DNA of 64,000 nucleotides, from NCBI GenBank assembly GCA_000182565.2, contig KQ257454.1. One strand, given 5' to 3'. Source of the stretch: Spizellomyces punctatus DAOM BR117 (taxonomy: Eukaryota). The position numbers were made by a program, and so were the translations under genes. The stretch's first letter is position 1. Each line of letters opens with the position of its first letter. This document shows positions 35,382 to 47,571 of the stretch, piece by piece. The notes under the pieces were generated by a model, which saw only the letters and a program-made list of their open reading frames with translations, had not been told where the DNA came from and did no database searches.

Positions 35382-38300
35382 ATGCCTACTCAAGTCCCAA
35401 GAACCCTGATAGTTGCGCTCACAGCTGCTCTACTTGTCATATTGCTCCTTCAACCCGCTGATGCTGAGCAAAACAACAAACCAGAGCGTCAGCAATGGGC
35501 AGTCCAACTTCATGATCCTGTGACTTACCGGCCATTTACGCTGGCTGAGGCCGAGGCCTATGCCGCAGAGCATGAGTTTACATTTCTGGGACAAGTGGGG
35601 CTGTTGGATGGATATTACCTGTTTGAAGTGGACATTTGCACGTCAACGGAAAAAGAACATGATCAGTGTGGGAAGGGAAAGCTACAAAAGAGAATGCCAG
35701 ACGAGGTGCATGGACTACTGATTGAATCAGAGCATGTAAAGTGGTTTGAGATGCAAACGCCAAAAAAGCGATACAAACGAGAATTGGATTTTCAAAAGTT
35801 CAAGGACCCCCGCTTCCCTGAGCAGTGGCATTTGGTAAGACATCTTGAAAATGCCCGGAAAATGTTTGCGGTCAATTGAGCTTACCTGTATCTACTTGGA
35901 GTAGTATAATGATGGTGTAAACGGCGTGTATCAAAACAACGACATTAATGTCATGCCGGTGGGTTTCATGAGTTAGTATCACATCAATACTCATGGTCTC
36001 GCTCAACGTCAGCACCTTCTATTGTAGGTATGGGTTCGAGGAATCAACGGAAGTGGTGTGACGGTATCTGTTATTGATGATGGCGTACAGTATATGCACC
36101 CAGACTTGGCAGAGAACTGGGTTCGTCTTGCGATTTACTGGTGCCCCAAAGTGACTTGTGTTTGTAATGTTCTGCTCACTATTCAGAACGAAGCGGTCAG
36201 CTACGATTTCAATGAACGTACAAATACTCCTCTTCCCCAGGCACCAGAAGACGTCCATGGCACGCGGTGTGCTGGCGAGATTGCGGCTGTGGCCAACAAT
36301 GTGTGTGGAGTTGGCGTCGCATATGGAGCAACTTTAGCAGGTGAGATATTGCTCGTAAAGAAAGGACATCAGCTCCTCAAGCAGTTGTTCATCGAAAGGT
36401 TGACACAGGGGAGCGCTTAATCGCAAACACAACCACCGATGCCGTTGAAGCTCAAGCACTCAATCACCAATTTCAGATCATTGACATTTATTCTTCCTCA
36501 TGGGGACCTAACGACGATGGGATGGCGTTGGATGGGCCAGGATATCTAGCACAAGCAGCACTGGCAGCGGGAGTCCGCAAGGGCCGACGAGGCTTCGGCA
36601 ACATATATGTTTTTGCTTCCGGAAATGGTGGCCTCGAAGGTGACAATTGCAACTTTGATAGCTACGCAAATGCTATCGAAACAGTAGCCATCGGAGCCGT
36701 GACAAATAAGGGAACAATGCCGTTCTACGGCGAACTTTGCAGTGCCCATTTGGCTGTTTCATACAGTGGGGGGAATGGACTGGGTATTGTAAGTATGGGA
36801 GTACGCCCCCTTGCAGCCTTTTTAGAAGGGACGTCAAAAAGGGACTGTATATTGATTGACACTATGCATCGCTACTAGGTCACGACTGATGTTAAACAAT
36901 GCACTGCCAGTCATTCTGGAACATCCGCGGCGGCTCCTCTGGCCTCCGGGATGATTGCATTAATGCTCTCCGTGAGGTATTTTTGATACTGTCATGCACT
37001 TTGCAGACATTTGGCGTCTAACGACATCACACAGGCCCGACCTTGGCTGGCGTGATATCCAGCATCTCATTGTGACAACTGCCAAGAAGAATGACCCGAC
37101 GGATGCTGACTGGCACACTAACGGAGCAGGGCGTCATGTCAGTCATAAATATGGCTTTGGAGTAATGGATGCAACTCTGCTGGTGGAGGCCGCCGAAAAA
37201 CATACGCTTCTTCCATCTCCGGCAATAACACTTACCAAACACAGCTACAAGCACATACGACTCCTCGCCGGGACTCAGGAGACGGATACGATTGATGTGC
37301 TCGCGCAGGACGTTGCAGGGATGGCAGCCATAGAGCATGTGCAAGTGACCGTTCGCATCAGACATCCTGACAGAAAATTCCTGACAATCAAGCTGGTGAG
37401 CCCGCAGCTCACCGAGAGCATCCTGGCTGCTCCTCGCTTCAAAGATGATTCCGATCAGGGGTACAATCCATGGACTTTTATGACTGTTCATTCCTGGGGA
37501 GAAAAGGCTCTGGGCACCTGGAAACTGTTGATTGAGGACGTTCGAATGGGTGAGATAGATCCGTACACTGGGGCTCCCTTTTCAACCGGCGATTTGCTGG
37601 ACTGGTCTCTCACCATTCATGGAACATGTGGGGAGGAGGACGTTCTAATCGATCCCGATCAAATACAAGCCAATGGGCGAACGTGCTCCCACACCGTAGC
37701 AGAAGCACGACGCCAGAAGCGAACGGTCATAGTAGGAGCACTGCTAATAACCTCCGCGATAATTCTCATGGCTGCCGGCTATGTCTTTTACAAGAGGGTA
37801 TATGCCAAAAACGACCAGGCATGGAGGCAGCTGACGATAAATACGTCCTTTGATAGCCATGGTGACGTCGAAAGCCCGTCCGGAAAGGAGTTCTTCAAGT
37901 ACCCCAAATCACCGATTGATATAGAAAGTCCACATCCTGGAAATGACACCCGGAGCCTTAAGCAGCCCAGCAGTTCCGGGTTCAAACGCTCTGTTTCCCT
38001 CGAGCTGCTGGCGGTTAGAAGTGTACGTGTAGGCGAGGGTGAACTATCACCCCAAGTCGCAGTTAACGTCAATAGTAGCGACGACTCAGAAAGTGACAGC
38101 GACAATGATTCAGATACGAGTCATCTTACGGGGAGCGAAAGGGCCAGTAGAGTGGGGAGACGTATAGAAAACCTTCGAAATGAGTTTATAAAGCGAGGCA
38201 CGTCACCTCTAACCAAGGCGCACAGCACCAGCAGCCTAAATATTGGCTCACAAGGAAGCCCATCCATACCGAGCCGTAACATCTCAAAGACACCTCCACC

Positions 38301-38406
38301 GAATCTCGAAATATCCAGTCCCAGGCCGCTGAGTAGGAGCAGCAGCACCGCAAGCCTTCTGAAACGCAGCGCCAGCCAAGAGCAGCTGAAAAAGTTCACT
38401 GACTGA
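35382..38406 (+). CDS. KEX2: Kexin/furin-type proprotein convertase
   Basis: Signal peptide; prodomain ending KKRYKR; catalytic IDDG, HGTRCAGEI, FASGNGG and HSGTSAAAP; P domain (EHVQV, WTFMTVHSWGE); TM helix and long Ser-rich cytosolic tail. Confidence 0.95.
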
Positions 38407-38754
38407 TGTGCCGACCACAGCGACATAAGAAATGTATCTTAATATTATAATAGTTTACGTATTTAAGGGGACTATCGTGCCCCCATCAGAAGAGGATAAC
38501 TAGGTCACTGGGAATGCTTTCTGTCATATCAAAACGTCAATGCCGTTCCTGCTGACCTGAAAGGTTTTAAAACATGCATCGCGTCTGTATCCTCGCAATG
38601 GACGCTCGTTGGAATGCAAGACTGCCTAGAGTGTACATATATTGAACGAATCATCCATACTTTGCTCGATATTGAACTGCTGGTTACGAAATAGCTTTGT
38701 TTTCTCATGTCGCATACTAGTTCGTATATCATGTCCAGGTCGTTACTTTCCACG

Positions 38755-39586
38755 TTAGCTGGCGAGCTGATTGAAGATCACGGACAGGGAGTGGCCAGCG
38801 AAACTTCCAAAAAAGGCCCCGCAAACGATTGGGACTGGCCATTTCTGTCCGATGTGTTGGCTTTCTCGTCTTTGAAACGGGCATAACGGCAACTCACCTG
38901 CCAGTCCCTCTGCCAGTCCAGCGGTATCACAAATCCTCCAAACCATGCACCTACGACGGACATCACCAACGGATAATACACCATCCTTTCAACTGCGGTT
39001 TCAAGACTTATGACCGTGTGAGAATGAAATCTCCTAGAAGGCGGTGAAAAGTTCAAGCAACACACCGGCCAGTTGAGGAAATAAGTCTTATCCATGCCGA
39101 AGTGTTCGATTTTAGGGCGGCTCCAGTCGGGAAGACAGCCAATACTGATAGATAGGCAGCTGCAAGCCAAGTTTTTTCCACAAGCCTGACCCACAAATCT
39201 TCAGTATACTACTTTCGGCTAGCCCTTAACGAGGTGCTGACTCCAACTTACTCAAAAACTGGAGCACCAAACAGCACCGCGATCAGCCAGAACGTGATTG
39301 TTCCGAACACAGTCCACCAGATCCCATACATCACAGATGAAATCCAAGGCCATCGTGGTTCTATAACCTGCTGTTTTCGGTTCTTTTGCTTTCCTTCGGG
39401 TTTTAGATCCGTGGCGCTGTCCCAGGCTCCAACTATCGCGAGAACGATCTGGCAGAGAAACAGCGAGGTAATGGCTGTGGGTAATGCGTTCGCTGGATTA
39501 TCGAGTAGCGCAGTTGACGGGAAACGCCACAGGCATAGGTATGATATCAATGCCGACACCAGTGCGGTCGCCAGCGGATGGAACAT
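38755..39586 (-). CDS. GPI11: GPI anchor biosynthesis protein Gpi11/PIG-F
   Basis: Multi-TM protein with AVLFGAP and [25 protein letters not shown]. The start codon is inferred. Confidence 0.9.
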
Positions 39587-39818
39587 TCGTGTTTTGTCCA
39601 AGGGAGGATCTGACCTTCCGCGTGAGTCACGGCATCATATATAAACTAAGGAGGTCTTTCTTCATTATAAAACACTCATGCAACGTCTTGTATCTCATAT
39701 TCATGTCATTAACAATACACCCCCTCTACCTCCCATCCGTGATATCCTAGCACCATCCCACCCCAGCATATTGCAGTCTGTGATTTTGGGACCACATTGC
39801 AGCTCCAAACTACTTGTT

Positions 39819-41666
39819 TTACCGATCGATCTCACCTAATTGTAAGAGAAGAGGGCCGCCACATTAGATGGCTTCAGCCTGTGTCTACAAAACGCATTAC
39901 ATGACATACCGAACACGACATCCAAAGTTCCAATGATAGTGACGGCGTCCGCAAGGTAGTGCCCTCGTCCAATGAAATCTACTCCAGCCAGATGGGGGAA
40001 ACCGGGTGCACGTATCTTGCACCGGTATGGACGACTAGAACCGTCAGATACAAGGTATACACCAAACTCGCCTAGTTTAAACATGTCACACAAGACATTC
40101 TGACCGAACATAGAGCGTAAAGTCTGATGCACATACCTTTAGGTGCCTCAATAACAGTGTAAGTTTCTCCAGGAGGTACTGAGTATCCCTCTGAGTACAG
40201 CTTGAAGTGGTGAATCAAAGCCTCCATACTTTCCTTCATGGTGGCGCGCGGTGGAGGGGCGATCTTTGCATCCTCTACTTTAACGGGTCCTGGAGGCATC
40301 TTGTTCAGGCATTGCGCAATGATGCGCAAACTCTGCCTCATTTCTTCCACACGGCACAAGTAGCGGTCGTAGCAATCTCCGTTGGTTCCCACCGGGATAT
40401 CAAACTCCATATCCTCGTAAGCATCATATGGCTGTTCTTTACGCAAATCCCAGGCAACACCAGAACCACGTAGCATGACTCCAGAGAAAGAATAATCAAT
40501 AGCCTCCTTGGCAGTAACTTTGCCAACGTCAATCAACCGATTTTTCCAGACACGGTTATTTGAGAGTGCTTCCTCAGTCTCATCGATACGAGCATTAAAC
40601 TGCTCAGCCCACTTAAAGATATCTTCCATTAAACCCACGGGCATGTCGAGCGCCACACCTCCAGGGCGCACGTACGCAGCGTGCATACGCGCTCCTGACA
40701 CCCGTTCGTAAAACTCCATCAATTTTTCACGCTCCTCAAACATCCACAAGAAGGGTGTCAAAGCACCGACATCCAAGGCGTGGGTAGTAACGGCCATAAT
40801 ATGGTTCAAGATGCGTGTAATCTCGGCAAACATGGTACGAATGTACTTTGCACGAGGAGGAATGTCAATGTTGAGAAGTTTCTCCACTGCAAGAGAGTAT
40901 GCTTGCTCGTTCGTCATCATGGATACTGCAAAAACATAATATTAGTTGGTTCATGCCGAGAGATATTTGAGGTTTTGAAAATCTACCATAATCCAATCGA
41001 TCAAAGTACGGTAACGATTGAAGGTACGTCTTGTATTCGATGAGTTTTTCAGTACCACGGTGCAACAAACCAATATGGGGATCGGCGCGAACGATAATTT
41101 CACCCTTCAATTCCAAGATCAGACGAAGTACACCGTGTGCAGCCGGGTGCTGGGGTCCAAAGTTAATTGTGAAGGTTTCAAGACTAGCGTCTTCACCTTC
41201 ATAATATGGCACCTCTATAAAGTTGCGTAGAATGGTGTTTTTAGTAATTATTCATTGTCCTCCCTTCTAGGTATAAAGTTAGTACCACATACCGACGTAT
41301 TCTGCAGTCTGACGCACTTTTGGTGGAACAAACCAACGACTAGAAACGCCGAATGTCTCGGGTCGCATTACTTTGCCGCCAGTGACCTTCTTGGCTGTAA
41401 GTAATCAAGATAGAGAAAGTTAACAAAGCACCAGCAATATTGCTTCCACTCTGTCGGAAACTTTAAAATCTCGACACGCCATTTGTCCATCCCATACCTC
41501 CGCGCTTTGCCTGCAAGTCCGGTACAGCAGGGACCGACGGACGGTTTCCACGCAACATCTGAGATGCCGATCCCACCGCCGGGGCAGTCAGTGACGAAAG
41601 CTGGCGAGCGCCAGACGTGCGAGTGGCGAGAGATAGAACAGAGCGAGAGAAAGCGGTAGACGACAT
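39819..41666 (-). CDS. NDUFS2: Complex I 49-kDa subunit (Nad7 homologue), nuclear-encoded
   Basis: Mitochondrial presequence; [60 protein letters not shown]. Confidence 0.98.
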
Positions 41667-42054
41667 TGTGGTATTACTTCTTCAGTGGGCAAATCTCGTG
41701 GGTAGGGCACAGTGAATGAGGACAAGATATGTACAATAGCAACTTCCAGCTTCGCAAGATAGAATCAGATACCACCAAGATTCACGTAGGGAATCTGCCG
41801 GATGATGGCGTTGTCGCTAGCCACCGCCTGCTTCTCTACCCGTTGCTTCTTCGTTGGGAGTTGGGTTCAAATTAATTTTATCAGCTGTGCCATTGGCATT
41901 ATATGACTTTGCCAAAACACGGTGGCACAGTTGGAAGCAAGTGATTATGTGCGGAAAGTCCAGTTCACTATATAAAAAAGAGAGCAAGACGTTGAAAAGC
42001 AAGCAATAAACTATTACCGTCGCAGAGATCTATCTAAAACTATCATACAAAGGG

Positions 42055-43617
42055 TCATCGACTGGAATATCTTTCCAGTCGACTTTTCATAACTCGCGCC
42101 CAGTGCCTGTCCATGTCCGATTTCCGAATTGTCTCCCAAGTTTTGGTCGCAAACTTTAGCCAGTCACGCTCTGACATCCCATACCACCGCCGCACCATCG
42201 GATTCTTTTCCGTTAAAGTGCATCGAGGGGTCTCGAAAACCTGATTTCTTAGCTCCTTCATCATTACTTCGTATCTAGCAGGGATGCCAAATCCGATCAA
42301 TCGATCCAGTATGGGGGGCCCACCTGGCTTACCCACCGGAGACGGATTTGGGTCGCTCGAAGCATTGCTTACAACCGGTGCACGAGGAAGCAGAAAGATA
42401 TTTGGCTCACGGACCAGCGTCCCTGATCGAGGATCGGATGGCTTTGGAGATGTCATAACACTCAGTGGCGACACTGGAGAACTCCTCGGATCAGCAACCT
42501 CCCCATTGCTTGAACGTGAAGCTTTCTTGCCCAGTTTTGGCTTTCCGCCTTTCCGATCATCGTCGCTGCCTAGTCCGGAATACTGTCCATACCTCTTCCC
42601 CATGCTTACACTCCCGCCAAGCACGCCAATACGCGTGCCTCGAAACCATGACAGAAAGTCTGTTGCCATATTCGCATAAGATTCAACAAAAAACGAATCA
42701 CTTGTGCACTTGGTGGAAACATATACCAAATCTGGTCGATGTTCATCGCTTTGTTGCTCCTCCTTCGACAAAGGGATGATGCGGTGTCGAACAGCTTCCA
42801 TAGTTCTTACAAAATGAAGAAGATCTGCATCAAGCTCATGTGTGTCCGACACAAGTAGCACTACATGACAGACGGAAAGTATGAAACAAGCCAGTCGCAT
42901 TGTTTGCAATGCTTCATCGTGCGGTGCCCGGCCGCCAGGTAAAAGTAGTGCTTGAGTATCCAGCAGTATGACACGTTCTGGCGTGACGTGTAGATCAATG
43001 CCGTTGGTCCTTGTTTGACCAGAAGGGAACGTTGTCAAGGACGTTGAGAAATGTGCTAGAATTGTGGATTTTCCTGTACCTCGCCGACCTATGGCCCCAA
43101 CGACAAAGCATCCCGGAAGCTCAGATAGAGCGCGATGCACTGTTTCCGTTGGCTGGAAGCGGAGATGTTGGTCAAGAATCTTATGAATCCGCGGTAGAGG
43201 CAGGGTCACTCCTGCGGCTTGGACAGCGAGTTCAGGCGTAGTAGCACTAGTTCCTCGGTCAAGATTCCTTTCAATCGTTTTTGTCGGGGTTGTTCCAGCA
43301 GGTGGATTTCGCAGCAACAGTCCCTTAGGTACTGGGCCTTCCGGCTTTTGAGGAACGGGCCGTCGCTCAAGGATGACCGGCGCTCGGACTTGAGATCCTT
43401 CTGACGGCTGCCTGTAGAGCTCTCTAGCCTCTTCTCTTCGACCAGAGGGTGGTCGGGGTTCTCTTCGCCTGCGCGAGTTCGCATGAGAATCCTCGCCGCT
43501 GCCCGTGCTCCTAGCGTCTCCTTCCCCAGGTGTCGGGCCGCGTCGTTGACCTCTCCTGCCCGATGCGCGAGGAGAGGCAGAGGTTCGAGGAATATGAGCT
43601 GCAGGTGGTGATGACAT
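42055..43617 (-). CDS. SMG9: Nonsense-mediated decay factor SMG9 homologue (G-domain), intronless
   Basis: Low-complexity N-terminus; P-loop VVGAIGRRGTGKSTIL; TNGIDLHVTPERVILLDTQ; FILSVCHVVLLV; C-terminal SERDWLKFATKTWETIRKS. These match the metazoan SMG9 motifs as I recall them (GIDFFITQERIVFLDTQ, FLFTVCHVVIVV, TEKNWFHYAARIWDGVRKS). Confidence 0.85.
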   Translation of the reverse strand: MSSPPAAHIPRTSASPRASGRRGQRRGPTPGEGDARSTGSGEDSHANSRRRREPRPPSGRREEARELYRQPSEGSQVRAPVILERRPVPQKPEGPVPKGLLLRNPPAGTTPTKTIERNLDRGTSATTPELAVQAAGVTLPLPRIHKILDQHLRFQPTETVHRALSELPGCFVVGAIGRRGTGKSTILAHFSTSLTTFPSGQTRTNGIDLHVTPERVILLDTQALLLPGGRAPHDEALQTMRLACFILSVCHVVLLVSDTHELDADLLHFVRTMEAVRHRIIPLSKEEQQSDEHRPDLVYVSTKCTSDSFFVESYANMATDFLSWFRGTRIGVLGGSVSMGKRYGQYSGLGSDDDRKGGKPKLGKKASRSSNGEVADPRSSPVSPLSVMTSPKPSDPRSGTLVREPNIFLLPRAPVVSNASSDPNPSPVGKPGGPPILDRLIGFGIPARYEVMMKELRNQVFETPRCTLTEKNPMVRRWYGMSERDWLKFATKTWETIRKSDMDRHWARVMKSRLERYSSR

Positions 43618-43969
43618 TTGGTCCGAATGAGATGACACGGACTGTAACATACAAGCGAGGATTAAAATAGGTGATAAAAACGATACACCTGCAAGCGAAG
43701 CCGTACCTCCAGCTATCACACCAGATATTTACTAAGCTGAAGTCTGTAAGAGCTCCCACCACAGAGTAAGGTTTCCATCGCCGCCCCAAGAGGCTGATTG
43801 TCCATGGTATTCAACGTGGTTTCTCGCACCAGCCCGAAATTAACAGATCTGGAACCAGTGGCGAAAAGGGTTTCTTTGACGTTTAGCTGTCGCTGGCTGT
43901 GGTCACGTGATGCAGTCGTTGCTCTGGCGGGAGGGGCGGGCGAGCTTTCACCTCGAAGACCAGACAGCC

Positions 43970-44568
43970 ATGTCACTCTTGCAGCCAGAGGCACATGTTC
44001 CTGGATTCAAGGTCTATCAGCTCACGGAAACCCATGATAGCCATACCTTGTGCTTCCAATTTACCGTGATGGAATCTTCCGTCTTTGCGTGGGTTGGAAC
44101 TCCTGGATCTGGGGCGGGCGAAGGTAGTACCACCGCAACTGGGCGACTGGACGGACTTGCAGTGGCAATGCCCACTCGATTTGTATGTCATGCTGCCTTT
44201 CTCCAATCCTGATGTGCCTTTTTGAAGATTGAGAGATAACATTGTATGGAAATGGTTGAAAGGACAAAACGGCAACATCAACATCACTTCTCCCCACTTC
44301 TGCTGACGATGTTAGTGAGCGGATAGCTAGACGCTTAGGTAGAGTTCCGAACAAACCTGGATGGAAGCAGGTTCAGTACACTAATAGGCTTACTTCCCAC
44401 GGAACAGCCACAAAGCTTGGCATACAAGTGTTCGTGTCCTTCAATGTGCCAACCACTAATGAAGAGCTTGCCTTGATAGCGGAGCGTAGGTTGGCGGTAC
44501 TGATAAAAGAAACCTTGGCGAAAGCGGCTTCAAATCAACAGGAAGATGAGCCTATCCCAGTCAGATGA
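43970..44568 (+). CDS. PSMG4: Proteasome assembly chaperone 4 (PAC4)
   Basis: Three exons: FQFTVMESSVFAWVG...LAVAMP...TSTSLL...SERIARRLATKLGIQVFVSFNVP...AERRL. Confidence 0.85.
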
Positions 44569-44658
44569 ATACAAACCAACCCTTTCTCTTTCGCATCGTG
44601 CAATCTCTGTTAATTAATCCTTTTTCCACCATCCAATGAACCCAAGCCCCAAAATCCC

Positions 44659-45950
44659 CTATGATATATATAACCGATGAATACTGTTCTTCCCTTTCAG
44701 TGGCCGCCTGCACATTGGACACTCTTTTTTGACCTTGAGCACGTCTTTTATGCAGTCCTCGCAGTATATATGACCGCAAATGGTTGCACTCAGGTTTGTA
44801 TTCACGCTGAAAGTCCCCAGGCAAATGGCGCATTTCAATGCAGCCGGGTTTTCGGGCTCTGGGGGAGGCGGTGGAGGCTGAGGGCGGGCTACCGTGGTGC
44901 GGAGGTTGTCTTGTAGCTCATTGAACGACGGGAGACGAGGACGAATGGAACGGATGCTCTGCGGTTGCAGTGGACTCTGTCCCCCAACTTCATGCAAATT
45001 GTCATTTGGTACGGATCTCGATCCTGTTCCCAACATCCGACTGAAAGCGCCTGGATCGGTCGGTGTTAAATAAGCATGACAAAGGCATATGGGATGATAG
45101 CAGCGTACTTACTTTCTATCCAAGCCCGCACGGATCCTCCAGCTTCAGGGCTGCTTAGTGTATCTGCACCAAGTTCTAACATTCCGCTAGTGAAAGCCCG
45201 AGGTACAGATGGAAGTCGCACTCCAGGGATATGATGTAGGACTTGCAAATCATCGTCTTCCTCCTGAGTCAGGTCGAATACAGCTTCAGAAGAGGGTGAT
45301 CTCTGTACAGGGTTTCTAATCTGGCTGACAACCGGTGTACTTAGGTCGATAATGTGTGCCATGCGGGTTGTGTCTGTGTGGGTTGAGTTTGGGAGTGTAG
45401 TGGTATCGGAAGTGAGGTCTATAATGGCGGATGGAGAAGTTGATACATCACTCGGAGCACGGGCGTCAACCTCAAGAACACCTGAATCCCTATCGCTAAG
45501 GGACTCATCATCTGCGAGAGTAATGTGATAGCCTTCGGATTCTACACCGCTCCCTTCTCCTCCAATATCTTCCCCCCATGCATCGGTCCGTTGTCTCTTT
45601 AGACTGCCCGGGGTAACTTCCTCCCGCAAACTGTCAACCTTTGGAAATTCGTCATCCAACATTGAAGTAGTGTCGTGAGACGCTCCGCGAACACGCTTTC
45701 TGGGCTGAGCTTGGGGTACGTTTGTTGCTATCGCCTCGCTTTGAGTGTCATTGTGAGCATTGTCTGCTCCCCTGGCCGGATGTGGGGTTTGCCGTCGCGA
45801 ACGTCTTAAAACAGGCGTCTCAGGTGCATCTAAGTCACCTTCCATGACTCTGTTGGATCGTCTTCTGCGTCTCTGAAGCGATTCCTCGGGCTGTGCAGGT
45901 GTCTTTTGTCGTCGGTCCAATACGGGTGTCGTACTTCGATTTTTGGTCAT
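44659..45950 (-). CDS. SUMO-targeted RING E3 ligase, RNF4/Slx8-like
   Basis: SIM-like motifs VLEVD, IIDLT, IIDLS, VFDLT. C-terminal C3HC4 RING: CAIC...ATICGHIYCEDC...CPMCRR...IHRLYIS*. Confidence 0.8.
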
Positions 45951-46731
45951 TTATTCCACTTAAAGTCTGGATGTCGACACTTGTCTTTTGTGTGAGCAGT
46001 GGTGGTGAGAGTAGGAGTGCAAGAAGAGAATGGTGGTCGGGATTTCAAAAAGTCTAATGGGCAGTGTGTGAAAAGCTACCAAAGGAAGCGAAGACGCTGG
46101 TCCAAAGCAATGTCACGTGCCATGCTTTTGTAATGAACTTTCGCGTTCCAAACAACTTTAAGCACAAAGGACAGCGATTCCACCCAATGACTCGAGTTTG
46201 AATAAAGGAGACTAGCGAGTATCTCCATCCTGCTTGCGTTCAGCCTTTTGCTTGCGTTGAGACCGAGTGCCCCATTTAGCAAGCACATGAAAGGCTCGAG
46301 CCTGGAATTGCATTCAATTGAACTGGCGTGTTTTCGACAAATGCATAGCTGACTGACTTGCGCTTCCAAAACCCATCCACGAGCTGCTTTAAAATTATAA
46401 CGCATATCCTGACTGGAAAGTGTAAATGCTCCATAGAGCATTTGTCCCGGACACACATGAAGACAGCTTGGCACTAGCTTCTCGTCACCTTGCCATGTTC
46501 ATTGCATCCAGCACAATTTCAGGCGTCTCGTTTCCAGATCTGGAGCTATTTCCATGGCAACAGGCACTGTCGATCGGTTACGTACACAGGCTGGGGACCG
46601 TGCATTTTTTGACCAAAGCAATCTCTCCGCTGCTGGAGGGAGCTTCTGCAGGTGCTCGCTGCACGCAGCCTCCTCCATTGTGTTCCCTCCATATTTCACG
46701 ATTCCCGAGTGTTCATAGCAAGTCTGCAGCT

Positions 46732-47364
46732 ATGCTTCTCCTGTACCGTACCACACTGGGTCGGACACGAGCAAGTGTGTGCCGTCATAGGCGAGTCTAC
46801 TCGGTTTCCTCAAACTCTACTACTCAAACTCCTACTACCAACGACAGTAAACGGCTCAGCGCACCCACTATCTCGACTACAGGACTCTCAACTTCGCTGA
46901 CACAAAAGAGCGTAAAAAAGGGTTTTAAGGCGCTTCTGCGGGAGTTTGGGGCATACGCTGTCATTACGTATTCTGCAGTGTCTGCCATATCTTTTTTTTC
47001 ATGGTTTGCGGCGTTTCGATTCGGTGTTGACGCTAGTATGGTGACAGAGACGGTCCTGAGTATGAAGTCCTGGTGGTCGGGCGACAATGACTGTGTTGTG
47101 GCAGGACTTGGTCAGCAGCAATCATCGACACTGGCAGTTGGGGACACACTTACTCCGGCTAGCAATGTGGCGCTTTTAGGTGGGGCAGTTAGCAACATCT
47201 GTGGAGAGTTCGGGTTGACATGCTTGATGGCTCACGCAGCGAATCAGTTGGTCCTTCCCATCAGGCTTGGCCTGACAGCTTTCATGACTCCGCTGTTGGC
47301 TCGAAGGATGCGTTCGCGAGGATGGGATAACTGGTTAAAGAAGAGAGGCTGGGTCAAGGTTTAG
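46732..47364 (+). CDS. FAM210/DUF1279-family mitochondrial membrane protein
   Basis: Presequence-like start MLLLYRTTLGRTR; FKALLREFGAYAVITYSAVS...FGVD; AHAANQLVLPIRLGLTAFMTPLLARRM. Confidence 0.75.
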   Translation: MLLLYRTTLGRTRASVCRHRRVYSVSSNSTTQTPTTNDSKRLSAPTISTTGLSTSLTQKSVKKGFKALLREFGAYAVITYSAVSAISFFSWFAAFRFGVDASMVTETVLSMKSWWSGDNDCVVAGLGQQQSSTLAVGDTLTPASNVALLGGAVSNICGEFGLTCLMAHAANQLVLPIRLGLTAFMTPLLARRMRSRGWDNWLKKRGWVKV

Positions 47365-47571
47365 ACAACTATTTAAGTGTTTTGGTCATTGTACATTGAA
47401 ATTTATTTAACGCATTCCATATGGTACCGACTGTAATGTAACGGAACGTTTACTGTCGACCGTTCGGTCCTCCCAGTTCGGCTCCATTTGTCAAGAGAGC
47501 TCTTGAATTCCAGCGCGCATTCTATATGTGATGTTGTAATTTACAAATGCAATCAACTCTCCCGAGGAAGT

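Noticed and set aside
46426-46731. 102-aa upstream extension of the FAM210-like ORF
   Set aside because: No protein-like features; the ATG at 46732 starts a plausible mitochondrial presequence. Not formally excluded.
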